Shown in pieces: positions 18,001 to 36,000 of a stretch of 64,000 bases of DNA (position 1 is its first letter; each line of letters begins with the position of its first letter). The position numbers and the translations under genes were made by a program. The notes beneath the pieces were generated by a model, which worked only from the letters and a program-made list of their open reading frames with translations, was not told the origin of the DNA and did not search any database. Source of the DNA: Bugula neritina (Eukaryota; Animalia; Bryozoa); contig CAXIUT010000183.1 in assembly GCA_964035545.1 (NCBI GenBank), forward strand, positions 1,054,001-1,118,000, written 5' to 3'.

Positions 18001-21000
18001 ACGGTAATATACTGAAATATACTGTAACACATTGAAAAAACTGGAACATACTAAAATACACTGCAACGCACTGAAATACACCGCAAAATACTACAACATG
18101 CTGAAATACACTGTAACATATTGAAATCCACTGCAACACATTGAAATATACTGCAACATACCGAAATATATGGTAAACTACTGAAATAGACTTTAACACA
18201 TTGAAAAATACTGCAACATACAGAAATATACTGTAACACACTGAAATATACTGCAACATACTGAAATATACTGCGACACATTGCAATATACTGTAACATA
18301 TTGAAATATGCTGTAGCACACTGAAATACACTGCAACATCCTACAACATACTGAAATACACTGTAACATATTGAAATACACTGCAAGAAATTGAAATAGA
18401 CTGCAACATAACAAAATATATGGTAAACTACTGAAATAGACTTTAACACATTGAAAAATACTGCAACATACAGAAATATACTGTAACACACTGAAATATA
18501 CTGCAACATACTGAAATACACTGTAACATTCTGAAATATACTGCAACATACTGAAATACACTGCTACATACTGAAATATACTGCAACATACTGCAAAATA
18601 CTGCAACATACTGAAATACACTGTAACATATTGAAGTACACTGCAACACATTGAAATATACTGCAACATGCCAAAATATATGGTAAACAACTGAAATATA
18701 CTTTAACACATTGAAAAATACTGCAACATACTGAAATATACTGCGACACTTTGCAATATACTGTAACATACCGAAATATGCTCTAGCACACTGAAATACA
18801 CTGCAACTCACTGAAATATACTGCAACATACTGAAATACACTGTGACATCCTGAAATATACTGCAACATTCTGAAATACACTGCTACATACTGAAATATA
18901 CTGCATCATACTGCAACATACTGAAATACACTGCAACATACTACAACATACTGAAATACGCTGCAACACATTGAAATATACTGCAACATACCTAAATATA
19001 TGGTAATATACCGAAATAAACTGTAACGCATTGCAAAATACTGCAACATACTGAAATACACTGCGACACACTGAAATACGCTGCAAAATACTACAACATA
19101 CTGAAATAAACTGTAACACATTGAAATACACTGCAATACATTGAAAAATAATGCAATATACTGATATATACTGTAACACACTGAAATATACTGCAACATA
19201 CTGAAATACACTGTAACATACTGAAATATACTGTAACATACTGCAACATACTGAAATACACTGTAACATACTGAGATACACTGCCGCATACTGCAACATA
19301 TTGAACTACACTGCAACACATTGAAATATATTGCAACTTATCGAATATATGGAAAACTACTGAAATATACTGTAACGCATTGAAAAAGACTGCAACATAC
19401 TGAAATATATTGCGACACATTGCAATATACTGTAATATACTGAAAAATGCTGTATCACACTGAAATATACTGCAATTTGCTGAAATATACTGCAACATAC
19501 TGAAATACACCGCAACATCCTACAACATACTAAAATACACTGTAACATTTCGAAATACACTGCAACACATTGAATTATACTGCAACATAACGAAATATAT
19601 GGTAAACTACTGAAATATATTTTAACAAATTGAAAAATACTGCAACATACTGAAATATACTGTAACACACTGAAGTATACTGCAACATACTGAAATACAC
19701 TGTAACATACTGAAATATACTGCAACATACTGAAATACACTGCTACATACTGAAATATACTGCAACGTACTGCAACATACTGCAGCATACTGAAATACAC
19801 TGTAACATACTGAAATACACTGCAACATACTACCACATATTGAAATACACTGCAACACATTGAAATGTACTGCAACATACCGAAATATATGGTAAACTAC
19901 TAAAATATACTGTAACACATTGAAAAATACTGCAACATACTGAAATATACTGCGACACCTAGCAATATACTGTAACATACTGAAATATGCTCTAGCACAC
20001 TGAAATACAATGCAACTTACTGAAATATACTGCAACATACTGAAATACACTGCAACATCCTACAATATGCTGAAATACACAGTAACATATTGAAATACAC
20101 TGCAACACTTTGAAATATACTGCAACATACCGAAATATATGGTAAACTACTGCAACATACTACAACATACTGAAATACACTGCAACACATTGAAATATAC
20201 TGCGACATACCTAAATATACGGTAATATACTGAAATAAACTGTAACACATTGAAAAATACTGCAACATACTGAAATATACTGTAACACACCGAAATATAC
20301 TGCAACATACTGAAATACACTGTAACATACTGAAATACACTGCTACATACTGAAATATACTGCAACATACTGCAACATACTGAAATACACAGTAACATAC
20401 TGAAATAAACTGCAACATACTACAACATATTGAAATACACTGCAACACATTGAAATATACTGCAACATACCTAAATATACGGTAATATACTGAAATTCAC
20501 TGTAACGCATTGCAAAATACTGCAACATACTGAAATTCACTGCGACACACTGAAATACGCTGCAAAATACTACAACATACTGAAATAAACTGTAACATGT
20601 TGAAATACACTGCAACACATTGAAAAATACTGCAACATACTGAAATATACTGTAACACACTGAAATATACTGCAACATACTGAAATACACTGTAACATAC
20701 TGAAATATACTGCAACATACTGAAATACACTGCTACATACTGAAATATACTGCAACATACTGCAACATACTGCAATACACTGTAAAATACTGAAATACAC
20801 TGCAACATACTACAACATATTGAAATACACTGCAACACATTGAAATACACTGCAACTTATCGAATATATGGAAAACTACTGAAATATACTGTAACGCATT
20901 GAAAAAGACTGCAACATACTGAAATATATTGCGACACATTGCAATATACTGTAATATACTGAAAAATGCTGTATCACACTGAAATATACTGCAATTCGCT

Positions 21001-24000
21001 GAAATATACTGCAACATACTGAAATACACTGCAACATCCTACAACATACTAAAATACACTGTAACATTTCGAAATACACTGCAACACATTGAATTATACT
21101 GCAACATAACGAAATATATGGTAAACTACTGAAATATATTTTAACAAATTGAAAAATACTGCAACATACTGAAATATACTGTAACACACTGAAGTATACT
21201 GCAACATACTGAAATACACTGTAACATACTGAAATATACTGCAACATACTGAAATACACTGCTACATACTGAAATATACTGCAACGTACTGCAACATACT
21301 GCAGCATACTGAAATACACTGTAACATACTGAAATACACTGCAACATACTACCACATATTGAAATACACTGCAACACATTGAAATGTACTGCAACATACC
21401 GAAATATATGGTAAACTACTAAAATATACTGTAACACATTGAAAAATACTGCAACATACAGAAATATACTGTAACACACTGAAATATACTGCAACATACT
21501 GAAATACACTGTAACATTCTGAAATATACTGCAACATACTGAAATACACTGCTACATACTGAAATATACTGCAACATACTGCAAAATACTGCAACATACT
21601 GAAATACACTGTAACATATTGAAGTACACTGCAACACATTGAAATATACTGCAACATGCCAAAATATATGGTAAACAACTGAAATATACTTTAACACATT
21701 GAAAAATACTGCAACATACTGAAATATACTGCGACACTTTGCAATATACTGTAACATACCGAAATATGCTCTAGCACACTGAAATACACTGCAACTCACT
21801 GAAATATACTGCAACATACTGAAATACACTGTGACATCCTGAAATATACTGCAACATTCTGAAATACACTGCTACATACTGAAATATACTGCAACATACT
21901 GCAACATACTGAAATACACTGCAACATACTACAACATACTGAAATACGCTGCAACACATTGAAATATACTGCAACATACCTAAATATACGGTAACATACC
22001 GAAATATACTGTAACGCATCGCAAAATACTGCAACATACTGAAATACACTGCGACACACTGAAATACGCTGCAAAATACTACAACATACTGAAATAAACT
22101 GTAACACATTGAAATACACTGCAACACATTGAAAAATAATGCAATATACTAATATATACTGTAACACACTGAAATATACTGCAACATACTGAAATACACT
22201 GTAACATACTGAAATATACTGTAACATACTGCAACATACTGAAATACACTGTAACATACTGAGATACACTGCCGCATACTGCAACATATTGAACTACACT
22301 GCAACACATTGAAATATATTGCAACTTATCGAATATATGGAAAACTACTGAAATATACTGTAACACACTGAAGTATACTGCAACATACTGAAATACACTG
22401 TAACATACTGAAATATACTGTAACATACTGAAATACACTGCAACATCCTACAAAATGCTGAAATACACTGTAACATATTGAAATACACTGTAACATACTG
22501 AAATATACTGTAACACATTGAAAAAAACTGACATACTGAAATATACTGCGACACCTAGCAATATACTGTAACATACTGAAATATGCTCTAGCACACTGAA
22601 ATACAATGCAACTCACTGAAATATACTGCAACATACTGAAATACACCGCAACATCCTACAACATACTAAAATACACTGTAACATTTCGAAATACACTGCA
22701 ACACATTGAATTATACTGCAACATAACGAAATATATGGTAAACTAGTGAAATATATTTTAACAAATTGAAAAATACTGCAACATACTGAAATATACTGTA
22801 ACACACTGAAGTATACTGCAACATACTGAAATACACTGTAACATACTGAAATATACTGCAACATACTGAAATACACTGCTACATACTGAAATATACTGCA
22901 ACGTACTGCAACATACTGCAGCATACTGAAATACACTGTAACATACTGAAATACACTGCAACATACTACCACATATTGAAATACACTGCAACACATTGAA
23001 ATGTACTGCAACATACCGAAATATATGGTAAACTACTAAAATATACTGTAACACATTGAAAAATACTGCAACATACTGAAATATACTGCGACACCTAGCA
23101 ATATACTGTAACATACTGAAATATGCTCTAGCACACTGAAATACAATGCAACTTACTGAAATATACTGCAACATACTGAAATACACTGCAACATCCTACA
23201 ATATGCTGAAATACACAGTAACATATTGAAATACACTGCAACACTTTGAAATATACTGCAACATACCGAAATATATGGTAAACTACTGCAACATACTACA
23301 ACATACTGAAATACACTGCAACACATTGAAATATACTGCGACATACCTAAATATACGGTAATATACTGAAATATACTGTAACACATTGAAAAATACTGCA
23401 ACATACTGAAACGTACTGTAACACACCGAAATATACTGCAACATACTGAAATACACTGTAACATACTGAAATACACTGCTACATACTGAAATATACTGCA
23501 ACATACTGCAACATACTGAAATACACAGTAACATACTGAAATAAACTGCAACATACTACAACATATTGAAATACACTGCAACACATTGAAATATACTGCA
23601 ACATACCTAAATATACGGTAATATACTGAAATTCACTGTAACGCATTGCAAAATACTGCAACATACTGAAATTCACTGCGACACACTGAAATACGCTGCA
23701 AAATACTACAACATACTGAAATAAACTGTAACCTGTTGAAATACACTGCAACACATTGAAAAATACTGCAACATACTGAAATATACTGTAACACACTGAA
23801 ATATACTGCAACATACTGAAATACACTGTAACATACTGAAATATACTGCAACATACTGAAATACACTGCTACATACTGAAATATACTGCAACATACTGCA
23901 ATACACTGTAAAATACTGAAATACACTGCAACATACTACTACAACATATTGAAATACACTGCAACACATTGAAATACACTGCAACATACTGCAACATACT

Positions 24001-27000
24001 GCAATACACTGTAACATACTGAAATACACTGCAACATACTACAACATATTGAAATACACTGCAACACATTGAAATACACTGCAACTTATCGAATATATGG
24101 AAAACTACTGAAATATACTGTAACGCATTGAAAAAGACTGCAACATACTGAAATATATTGCGACACATTGCAATATACTGTAATATACTGAAAAATGCTG
24201 TATCACACTGAAATATACTGCCATTCACTGAAATATACTGCAACATACTGAAATACACCGCAACATCCTACAACATACTGAAGTACACTGTAACATATTG
24301 AAATACACTGCAACACATTGAAATATACTGCAACATACCGAAATATATCGTAAACTACTGAAATATACTGTAACACATTGAAAAAAACTGCAACATACTG
24401 AAATATACTGTAACAAACCGAAATATACTGCAACATACTGAAATACACTGTAACATACTGAAATATACTGTAACATACTGAAATACACTGCAACATCCTA
24501 CAAAATGCTGAAATACACTGTAACATATTGAAATACACTGTAACATACTGAAATATACTGCAATATAATGAAATACACTGCAACATCCTACAAAAGGCTG
24601 AAATACACTGTAACATATTGAAATACACTGCAACACATTGAAATATACTGCAACATACCGAAATATATGGTAAACTACTGAAATATACTGTAACACATTG
24701 AAAAAAACTGACATACTGAAATATACTGCGACACCTAGCAATATACTGTAACATACTGAAATATGCTCTAGCACACTGAAATACAATGCAACTCACTGAA
24801 ATATACTGCAACATACTGAAATACACCGCAACATCCTACAACATACTAAAATACACTGTAACATTTCGAAATACACTGCAACACATTGAATTATACTGCA
24901 ACATAACGAAATATATGGTAAACTAGTGAAATATATTTTAACAAATTGAAAAATACTGCAACATACTGAAATATACTGTAACACACTGAAGTATACTGCA
25001 ACATACTGAAATACACTGTAACATACTGAAATATACTGCAACATACTGAAATACACTGCTACATACTGAAATATACTGCAACGTACTGCAACATACTGCA
25101 GCATACTGAAATACACTGTAACATACTGAAATACACTGCAACATACTACCACATATTGAAATACACTGCAACACATTGAAATGTACTGCAACATACCGAA
25201 ATATATGGTAAACTACTAAAATATACTGTAACACATTGAAAAATACTGCAACATACTGAAATATACTGCGACACCTAGCAATATACTGTAACATACTGAA
25301 ATATGCTCTAGCACACTGAAATACAATGCAACTTACTGAAATATACTGCAACATACTGAAATACACTGCAACATCCTACAATATGCTGAAATACACAGTA
25401 ACATATTGAAATACACTGCAACACTTTGAAATATACTGCAACATACCGAAATATATGGTAAACTACTGCAACATACTACAACATACTGAAATACACTGCA
25501 ACACATTGAAATATACTGCGACATACCTAAATATACGGTAATATACTGAAATATACTGTAACACATTGAAAAATACTGCAACATACTGAAATATACTGTA
25601 ACACACCGAAATATACTGCAACATACTGAAATACACTGTAACATACTGAAATACACTGCTACATACTGAAATATACTGCAACATACTGCAACATACTGAA
25701 ATACACAGTAACATACTGAAATAAACTGCAACATACTACAACATATTGAAATACACTGCAACACATTGAAATATACTGCAACATACCTAAATATACGGTA
25801 ATATACTGAAATTCACTGTAACGCATTGCAAAATACTGCAACATACTGAAATTCACTGCGACACACTGAAATACGCTGCAAAATACTACAACATACTGAA
25901 ATAAACTGTAACATGTTGAAATACACTGCAACACATTGAAAAATACTGCAACATACTGAAATATACTGTAACACACTGAAATATACTGCAACATACTGAA
26001 ATACACTGTAACATACTGAAATATACTGCAACATACTGAAATACACTGCTACATACTGAAATATACTGCAACATACTGCAACATACTGCAATACACTGTA
26101 AAATACTGAAATACACTGCAACATACTACTACAACATATTGAAATACACTGCAACACATTGAAATATACTGCAACGTACTGCAACATACTGCAGCATACT
26201 GAAATACACTGTAACATACTGAAATACACTGCAACATACTACCACATATTGAAATACACTGCAACACATTGAAATGTACTGCAACATACCGAAATATATG
26301 GTAAACTACTAAAATATACTGTAACACATTGAAAAATACTGCAACATACTGAAATATACTGCGACACCTAGCAATATACTGTAACATACTGAAATATGCT
26401 CTAGCACACTGAAATACAATGCAACTTACTGAAATATACTGCAACATACTGAAATACACTGCAACATCCTACAATATGCTGAAATACACAGTAACATATT
26501 GAAATACACTGCAACACTTTGAAATATACTGCAACATACCGAAATATATGGTAAACTACTGCAACATACTACAACATACTGAAATACACTGCAACACATT
26601 GAAATATACTGCGACATACCTAAATATACGGTAATATACTGAAATATACTGTAACACATTGAAAAATACTGCAACATACTGAAATATACTGTAACACACC
26701 GAAATATACTGCAACATACTGAAATACACTGTAACATACTGAAATACACTGCTACATACTGAAATATACTGCAACATACTGCAACATACTGAAATACACA
26801 GTAACATACTGAAATAAACTGCAACATACTACAACATATTGAAATACACTGCAACACATTGAAATATACTGCAACATACCTAAATATACGGTAATATACT
26901 GAAATTCACTGTAACGCATTGCAAAATACTGCAACATACTGAAATTCACTGCGACACACTGAAATACGCTGCAAAATACTACAACATACTGAAATAAACT

Positions 27001-30000
27001 GTAACATGTTGAAATACACTGCAACACATTGAAAAATACTGCAACATACTGAAATATACTGTAACACACTGAAATATACTGCAACATACTGAAATACACT
27101 GTAACATACTGAAATATACTGCAACATACTGAAATACACTGCTACATACTGAAATATACTGCAACATACTGCAACATACTGCAATACACTGTAAAATACT
27201 GAAATACACTGCAACATACTACTACAACATATTGAAATACACTGCAACACATTGAAATACACTGCAACATACTGCAACATACTGCAATACACTGTAACAT
27301 ACTGAAATACACTGCAACATACTACAACATATTGAAATACACTGCAACACATTGAAATACACTGCAACTTACCGAATATATGGTAAACTACTGAAATATA
27401 CTGTAACGCATTGAAAAATACTGCAACATACTGAAATATATTGCGACACATTGCAATATACTGTAACATACTGAAAAATGCTGTAGCACACTGAAATATA
27501 CTGCAATTCACTGAAATATACTGCAACATACTGAAATACACCGCAACATCCTACAACATACTGAAATACTTTGTAACATATTGAAATACACTGCAACACA
27601 TTGAAATAGACTGCAACATAACGAAATATATGGTAAACTAATGAAATATATTTTAACACATTGAAAAATACTGCAACATACTGAAATATACTGTAACACA
27701 CTGAAATATACTGCAACATACCGAAATACACTGTAACATACTGAAATATACTGCAACATACTGAAATACACTGCTACATACTGAAATATACTGCAACGTA
27801 CTGCAACATACTGCAGCATACTGAAATACACTGTAACATACTGAAATACACTGCAACATACTACCACATATTGAAATACACTGCAACACATTGAAATGTA
27901 CTGCAACATACCGAAATATATGGTAAACTACTAAAATATACTGTAACACATTGAAAAATACTGCAACATACTGAAATATACTGCGACACCTAGCAATATA
28001 CTGTAACATACTGAAATATGCTCTAGCACACTGAAATACAATGCAACTTACTGAAATATACTGCAACATACTGAAATACACTGCAACATCCTACAATATG
28101 CTGAAATACACAGTAACATATTGAAATACACTGCAACACTTTGAAATATACTGCAACATACCGAAATATATGGTAAACTACTGCAACATACTACAACATA
28201 CTGAAATACACTGCAACACATTGAAATATACTGCGACATACCTAAATATACGGTAATATACTGAAATATACTGTAACACATTGAAAAATACTGCAACATA
28301 CTGAAATATACTGTAACACACCGAAATATACTGCAACATACTGAAATACACTGTAACATACTGAAATACACTGCTACATACTGAAATATACTGCAACATA
28401 CTGCAACATACTGAAATACACAGTAACATACTGAAATAAACTGCAACATACTACAACATATTGAAATACACTGCAACACATTGAAATATACTGCAACATA
28501 CCTAAATATACGGTAATATACTGAAATTCACTGTAACGCATTGCAAAATACTGCAACATACTGAAATTCACTGCGACACACTGAAATACGCTGCAAAATA
28601 CTACAACATACTGAAATAAACTGTAACATGTTGAAATACACTGCAACACATTGAAAAATACTGCAACATACTGAAATATACTGTAACACACTGAAATATA
28701 CTGCAACATACTGAAATACACTGTAACATACTGAAATATACTGCAACATACTGAAATACACTGCTACATACTGAAATATACTGCAACATACTGCAACATA
28801 CTGCAATACACTGTAAAATACTGAAATACACTGCAACATACTACTACAACATATTGAAATACACTGCAACACATTGAAATATACTGCAACGTACTGCAAC
28901 ATACTGCAGCATACTGAAATACACTGTAACATACTGAAATACACTGCAACATACTACCACATATTGAAATACACTGCAACACATTGAAATGTACTGCAAC
29001 ATACCGAAATATATGGTAAACTACTAAAATATACTGTAACACATTGAAAAATACTGCAACATACTGAAATATACTGCGACACCTAGCAATATACTGTAAC
29101 ATACTGAAATATGCTCTAGCACACTGAAATACAATGCAACTTACTGAAATATACTGCAACATACTGAAATACACTGCAACATCCTACAATATGCTGAAAT
29201 ACACAGTAACATATTGAAATACACTGCAACACTTTGAAATATACTGCAACATACCGAAATATATGGTAAACTACTGCAACATACTACAACATACTGAAAT
29301 ACACTGCAACACATTGAAATATACTGCGACATACCTAAATATACGGTAATATACTGAAATATACTGTAACACATTGAAAAATACTGCAACATACTGAAAT
29401 ATACTGTAACACACCGAAATATACTGCAACATACTGAAATACACTGTAACATACTGAAATACACTGCTACATACTGAAATATACTGCAACATACTGCAAC
29501 ATACTGAAATACACAGTAACATACTGAAATAAACTGCAACATACTACAACATATTGAAATACACTGCAACACATTGAAATATACTGCAACATACCTAAAT
29601 ATACGGTAATATACTGAAATTCACTGTAACGCATTGCAAAATACTGCAACATACTGAAATTCACTGCGACACACTGAAATACGCTGCAAAATACTACAAC
29701 ATACTGAAATAAACTGTAACATGTTGAAATACACTGCAACACATTGAAAAATACTGCAACATACTGAAATATACTGTAACACACTGAAATATACTGCAAC
29801 ATACTGAAATACACTGTAACATACTGAAATATACTGCAACATACTGAAATACACTGCTACATACTGAAATATACTGCAACATACTGCAACATACTGCAAT
29901 ACACTGTAAAATACTGAAATACACTGCAACATACTACTACAACATATTGAAATACACTGCAACACATTGAAATACACTGCAACATACTGCAACATACTGC

Positions 30001-33000
30001 AATACACTGTAACATACTGAAATACACTGCAACATACTACAACATATTGAAATACACTGCAACACATTGAAATACACTGCAACTTACCGAATATATGGTA
30101 AACTACTGAAATATACTGTAACGCATTGAAAAATACTGCAACATACTGAAATATATTGCGACACATTGCAATATACTGTAACATACTGAAAAATGCTGTA
30201 GCACACTGAAATATACTGCAATTCACTGAAATATACTGCAACATACTGAAATACACCGCAACATCCTACAACATACTGAAATACTTTGTAACATATTGAA
30301 ATACACTGCAACACATTGAAATAGACTGCAACATAACGAAATATATGGTAAACTAATGAAATATATTTTAACACATTGAAAAATACTGCAACATACTGAA
30401 ATATATTTTAACACATTGAAAAATACTGCAACATACTGAAATACACTGCAACACATTGAAATATACTGCAACATACCGAAATATATGGTAAACTACTGAA
30501 ATATACTGTAACACATTGAAAAATACTGCAACATACTGAAATACACTGTAACATACTGAAATAAACTGCAACATACTACAACATATTGAGATACACTGCA
30601 ACAAATTGAAATATACTGCAACATACCTAAATATACGGTAATATACTGAAATTCACTGTAACGCATTGCAAAATACTACAACATACTGAAATTCACTGCG
30701 ACACACTGAAATACGCTGCAAAATACTACAACATACTGAAATAAACTGTAACATATTGAAATACACTGCAACACATTGAAATATACTGCAACATAACAAA
30801 ATATATGGTAAACTACTGAAATAGACTTTAACACATTGAAAAATACTGCAACATACTGAAATACACTGTAACATACGGAAATATACTGCAACATACTGAA
30901 ATACACTGCTACATACTGAAATATACTGCAACGTACTGCAACATACTCCAGCATACTGAAATACACTGTAACATACTGAAATACACTGCAACATACTACC
31001 ACATATTGAAATACACTGCAACACATTGAAATGTACTGCAACATACCGAAATATATGGTAAACTACTAAAATATACTGTAACATATTGAAAAATACTGCA
31101 ACATACTGAAATATACTGCGACACCTAGCAATATACTGTAACATACTGAAATATGCCCTAGCACACTGAAATACAATGCAACACATTGAAATATACTGCA
31201 ACATACCTAAATATACGGTAATATACTGAAATTCACTGTAACGCATTGCAAAATACTGCAACATACTGAAATACACTGCAACATACTACCACATATTGAA
31301 ATACACTGCAACATATTGAAATACACTGCAACACATTGAAAAATACTGCAACATACTGAAATATACTGTAACACACTGAAATATACTGCAACATACCGAA
31401 ATACACTGTAACATACTGAAATATACTGCAACATACTGAAATACACTGCTACATACTGAAATATACTGCAACATACTGCAACATACTGCAATACACTGTA
31501 ACATACTGAAATACACTGCAATATACTACAACATATTGAAATACACTGCAACACATTGAAATACACTGCAACTTACCGAATATATGGTTAACTACTGAAA
31601 TATACTGTAACGCATTGAAAAATACTGCAACATACTGAAATATATTGCGACACATTGCAATATACTGTAACATACTGAAAAATGCTGTAGCACACTGAAA
31701 TATACTGCAATTCACTGAAATATACTGCAACATACTGACATACACCGCAACATCCTACAACATACTGAAATACTTTGTAACATATTGAAATACACTGCAA
31801 CACATTGAAATATACTGCAACATAACGAACTATATGGTAACCTACTGCAATATATTTTAACACATTGAAAAATACTGCAACATACTGAAATATATTTTAA
31901 CACATTGAAAAATACTGCAACATACTGAAATATACTGTAACACACCGAAATATACTGCAACATACTGAAATACACTGTAACATACTGAAATATACTGCAA
32001 CATACTGCAATACACTGCTACATACTGCAACATACTGCAACATACTGCAACATACTGAAATACACTGTAACATACTGAAATAAACTGCAACATACTACAA
32101 CATATTGAAATACACTGCAACACATTGAAATATACTGCTACATACCTAAATATACGGTAATATACTGAAATATACTGTAACACATTGAAAAAACTGCAAC
32201 ATACTGAAATACACTGCAACGCACTGAAATACACCGCAAAATACTACAACATGCTGAAATACACTGTAACATATTGAAATCCACTGCAACACATTGAAAT
32301 ATACTGCAACATACCGAAATATATGGTAAACTACTGAAATAGACTTTAACACATTGAAAAATACTGCAACATACAGAAATATACTGTAACACACTGAAAT
32401 ATACTGCAACATACTGAAATATACTGCGACACATTGCAATATACTGTAACATATTGAAATATGCTGTAGCACACTGAAATACACTGCAACATCCTACAAC
32501 ATACTGAAATACACTGTAACATATTGAAATACACTGCAAGAAATTGAAATAGACTGCAACATAACAAAATATATGGTAAACTACTGAAATAGACTTTAAC
32601 ACATTGAAAAATACTGCAACATACAGAAATATACTGTAACACACTGAAATATACTGCAACATACTGAAATACACTGTAACATTCTGAAATATACTGCAAC
32701 ATACTGAAATACACTGCTACATACTGAAATATACTGCAACATACTGCAAAATACTGCAACATACTGAAATACACTGTAACATATTGAAGTACACTGCAAC
32801 ACATTGAAATATACTGCAACATGCCAAAATATATGGTAAACAACTGAAATATACTTTAACACATTGAAAAATACTGCAACATACTGAAATATACTGCGAC
32901 ACTTTGCAATATACTGTAACATACCGAAATATGCTCTAGCACACTGAAATACACTGCAACTCACTGAAATATACATCAACATACTGAAATACACTGTGAC

Positions 33001-36000
33001 ATCCTGAAATATACTGCAACATTCTGAAATACACTGCTACATACTGAAATATACTGCATCATACTGCAACATACTGAAATACACTGCAACATACTACAAC
33101 ATACTGAAATACGCTGCAACACATTGAAATATACTGCAACATACCTAAATATATGGTAATATACCGAAATATACTGTAACGCAATGCAAAATACTGCAAC
33201 ATACTGAAATACACTGCGACACACTGAAATACGCTGCAAAATACTACAACATACTGAAATAAACTGTAACACATTGAAATACACTGCAATACATTGAAAA
33301 ATAATGCAATATACTGATATATACTGTAACACACTGAAATATACTGCAACATACTGAAAAACACTGTAACATACTGAAATATACTGTAACATACTGCAAC
33401 ATACTGAAATACACTGTAACATACTGAGATACACTGCCGCATACTGCAACATATTGAACTACACTGCAACACATTGAAATATATTGCAACTTATCGAATA
33501 TATGGAAAACTACTGAAATATACTGTAACGCATTGAAAAAGACTGCAACATACTGAAATATATTGCGACACATTGCAATATACTGTAATATACTGAAAAA
33601 TGCTGTATCACACTGAAATATACTGCAATTCGCTGAAATATACTGCAACATACTGAAATACACCGCAACATCCTACAACATACTAAAATACACTGTAACA
33701 TTTCGAAATACACTGCAACACATTGAATTATACTGCAACATAACGAAATATATGGTAAACTACTGAAATATATTTTAACAAATTGAAAAATACTGCAACA
33801 TACTGAAATACACTGCAACATCCTACAATATGCTGAAATACACAGTAACATATTGAAATACACTGCAACACTTTGAAATATACTGCAACATACCGAAATA
33901 TATGGTAAACTACTGCAACATACTACAACATACTGAAATACACTGCAACACATTGAAATATACTGCGACATACCTAAATATACGGTAATATACTGAAATA
34001 AACTGTAACACATTGAAAAATACTGCAACATACTGAAATATACTGTAACACACCGAAATATACTGCAACATACTGAAATACACTGTAACATACTGAAATA
34101 CACTGCTACATACTGAAATATACTGCAACATACTGCAACATACTGAAATACACAGTAACATACTGAAATAAACTGCAACATACTACAACATATTGAAATA
34201 CACTGCAACACATTGAAATATACTGCAACATACCTAAATATACGGTAATATACTGAAATTCACTGTAACGCATTGCAAAATACTGCAACATACTGAAATT
34301 CACTGCGACACACTGAAATACGCTGCAAAATACTACAACATACTGAAATAAACTGTAACATGTTGAAATACACTGCAACACATTGAAAAATACTGCAACA
34401 TACTGAAATATACTGTAACACACTGAAATATACTGCAACATACTGAAATACACTGTAACATACTGAAATATACTGCAACATACTGAAATACACTGCTACA
34501 TACTGAAATATACTGCAACATACTGCAACATACTGCAATACACTGTAAAATACTGAAATACACTGCAACATACTACTACAACATATTGAAATACACTGCA
34601 ACACATTGAAATACACTGCAACATACTGCAACATACTGCAATACACTGTAACATACTGAAATACACTGCAACATACTACCACATATTGAAATACACTGCA
34701 ACACATTGAAATGTACTGCAACATACCGAAATATATGGTAAACTACTAAAATATACTGTAACACATTGAAAAATACTGCAACATACTGAAATATACTGCG
34801 ACACCTAGCAATATACTGTAACATACTGAAATATGCTCTAGCACACTGAAATACAATGCAACTTACTGAAATATACTGCAACATACTGAAATACACTGCA
34901 ACATCCTACAATATGCTGAAATACACAGTAACATATTGAAATACACTGCAACACTTTGAAATATACTGCAACATACCGAAATATATGGTAAACTACTGCA
35001 ACATACTACAACATACTGAAATACACTGCAACACATTGAAATATACTGCGACATACCTAAATATACGGTAATATACTGAAATATACTGTAACACATTGAA
35101 AAATACTGCAACATACTGAAATATACTGTAACACACCGAAATATACTGCAACATACTGAAATACACTGTAACATACTGAAATACACTGCTACATACTGAA
35201 ATATACTGCAACATACTGCAACATACTGAAATACACAGTAACATACTGAAATAAACTGCAACATACTACAACATATTGAAATACACTGCAACACATTGAA
35301 ATATACTGCAACATACCTAAATATACGGTAATATACTGAAATTCACTGTAACGCATTGCAAAATACTGCAACATACTGAAATTCACTGCGACACACTGAA
35401 ATACGCTGCAAAATACTACAACATACTGAAATAAACTGTAACATGTTGAAATACACTGCAACACATTGAAAAATACTGCAACATACTGAAATATACTGTA
35501 ACACACTGAAATATACTGCAACATACTGAAATACACTGTAACATACTGAAATATACTGCAACATACTGAAATACACTGCTACATACTGAAATATACTGCA
35601 ACATACTGCAACATACTGCAATACACTGTAAAATACTGAAATACACTGCAACATACTACTACAACATATTGAAATACACTGCAACACATTGAAATACACT
35701 GCAACATACTGCAACATACTGCAATACACTGTAACATACTGAAATACACTGCAACATACTACAACATATTGAAATACACTGCAACACATTGAAATACACT
35801 GCAACTTACCGAATATATGGTAAACTACTGAAATATACTGTAACGCATTGAAAAATACTGCAACATACTGAAATATATTGCGACACATTGCAATATACTG
35901 TAACATACTGAAAAATGCTGTAGCACACTGAAATATACTGCAATTCACTGAAATATACTGCAACATACTGAAATACACCGCAACATCCTACAACATACTG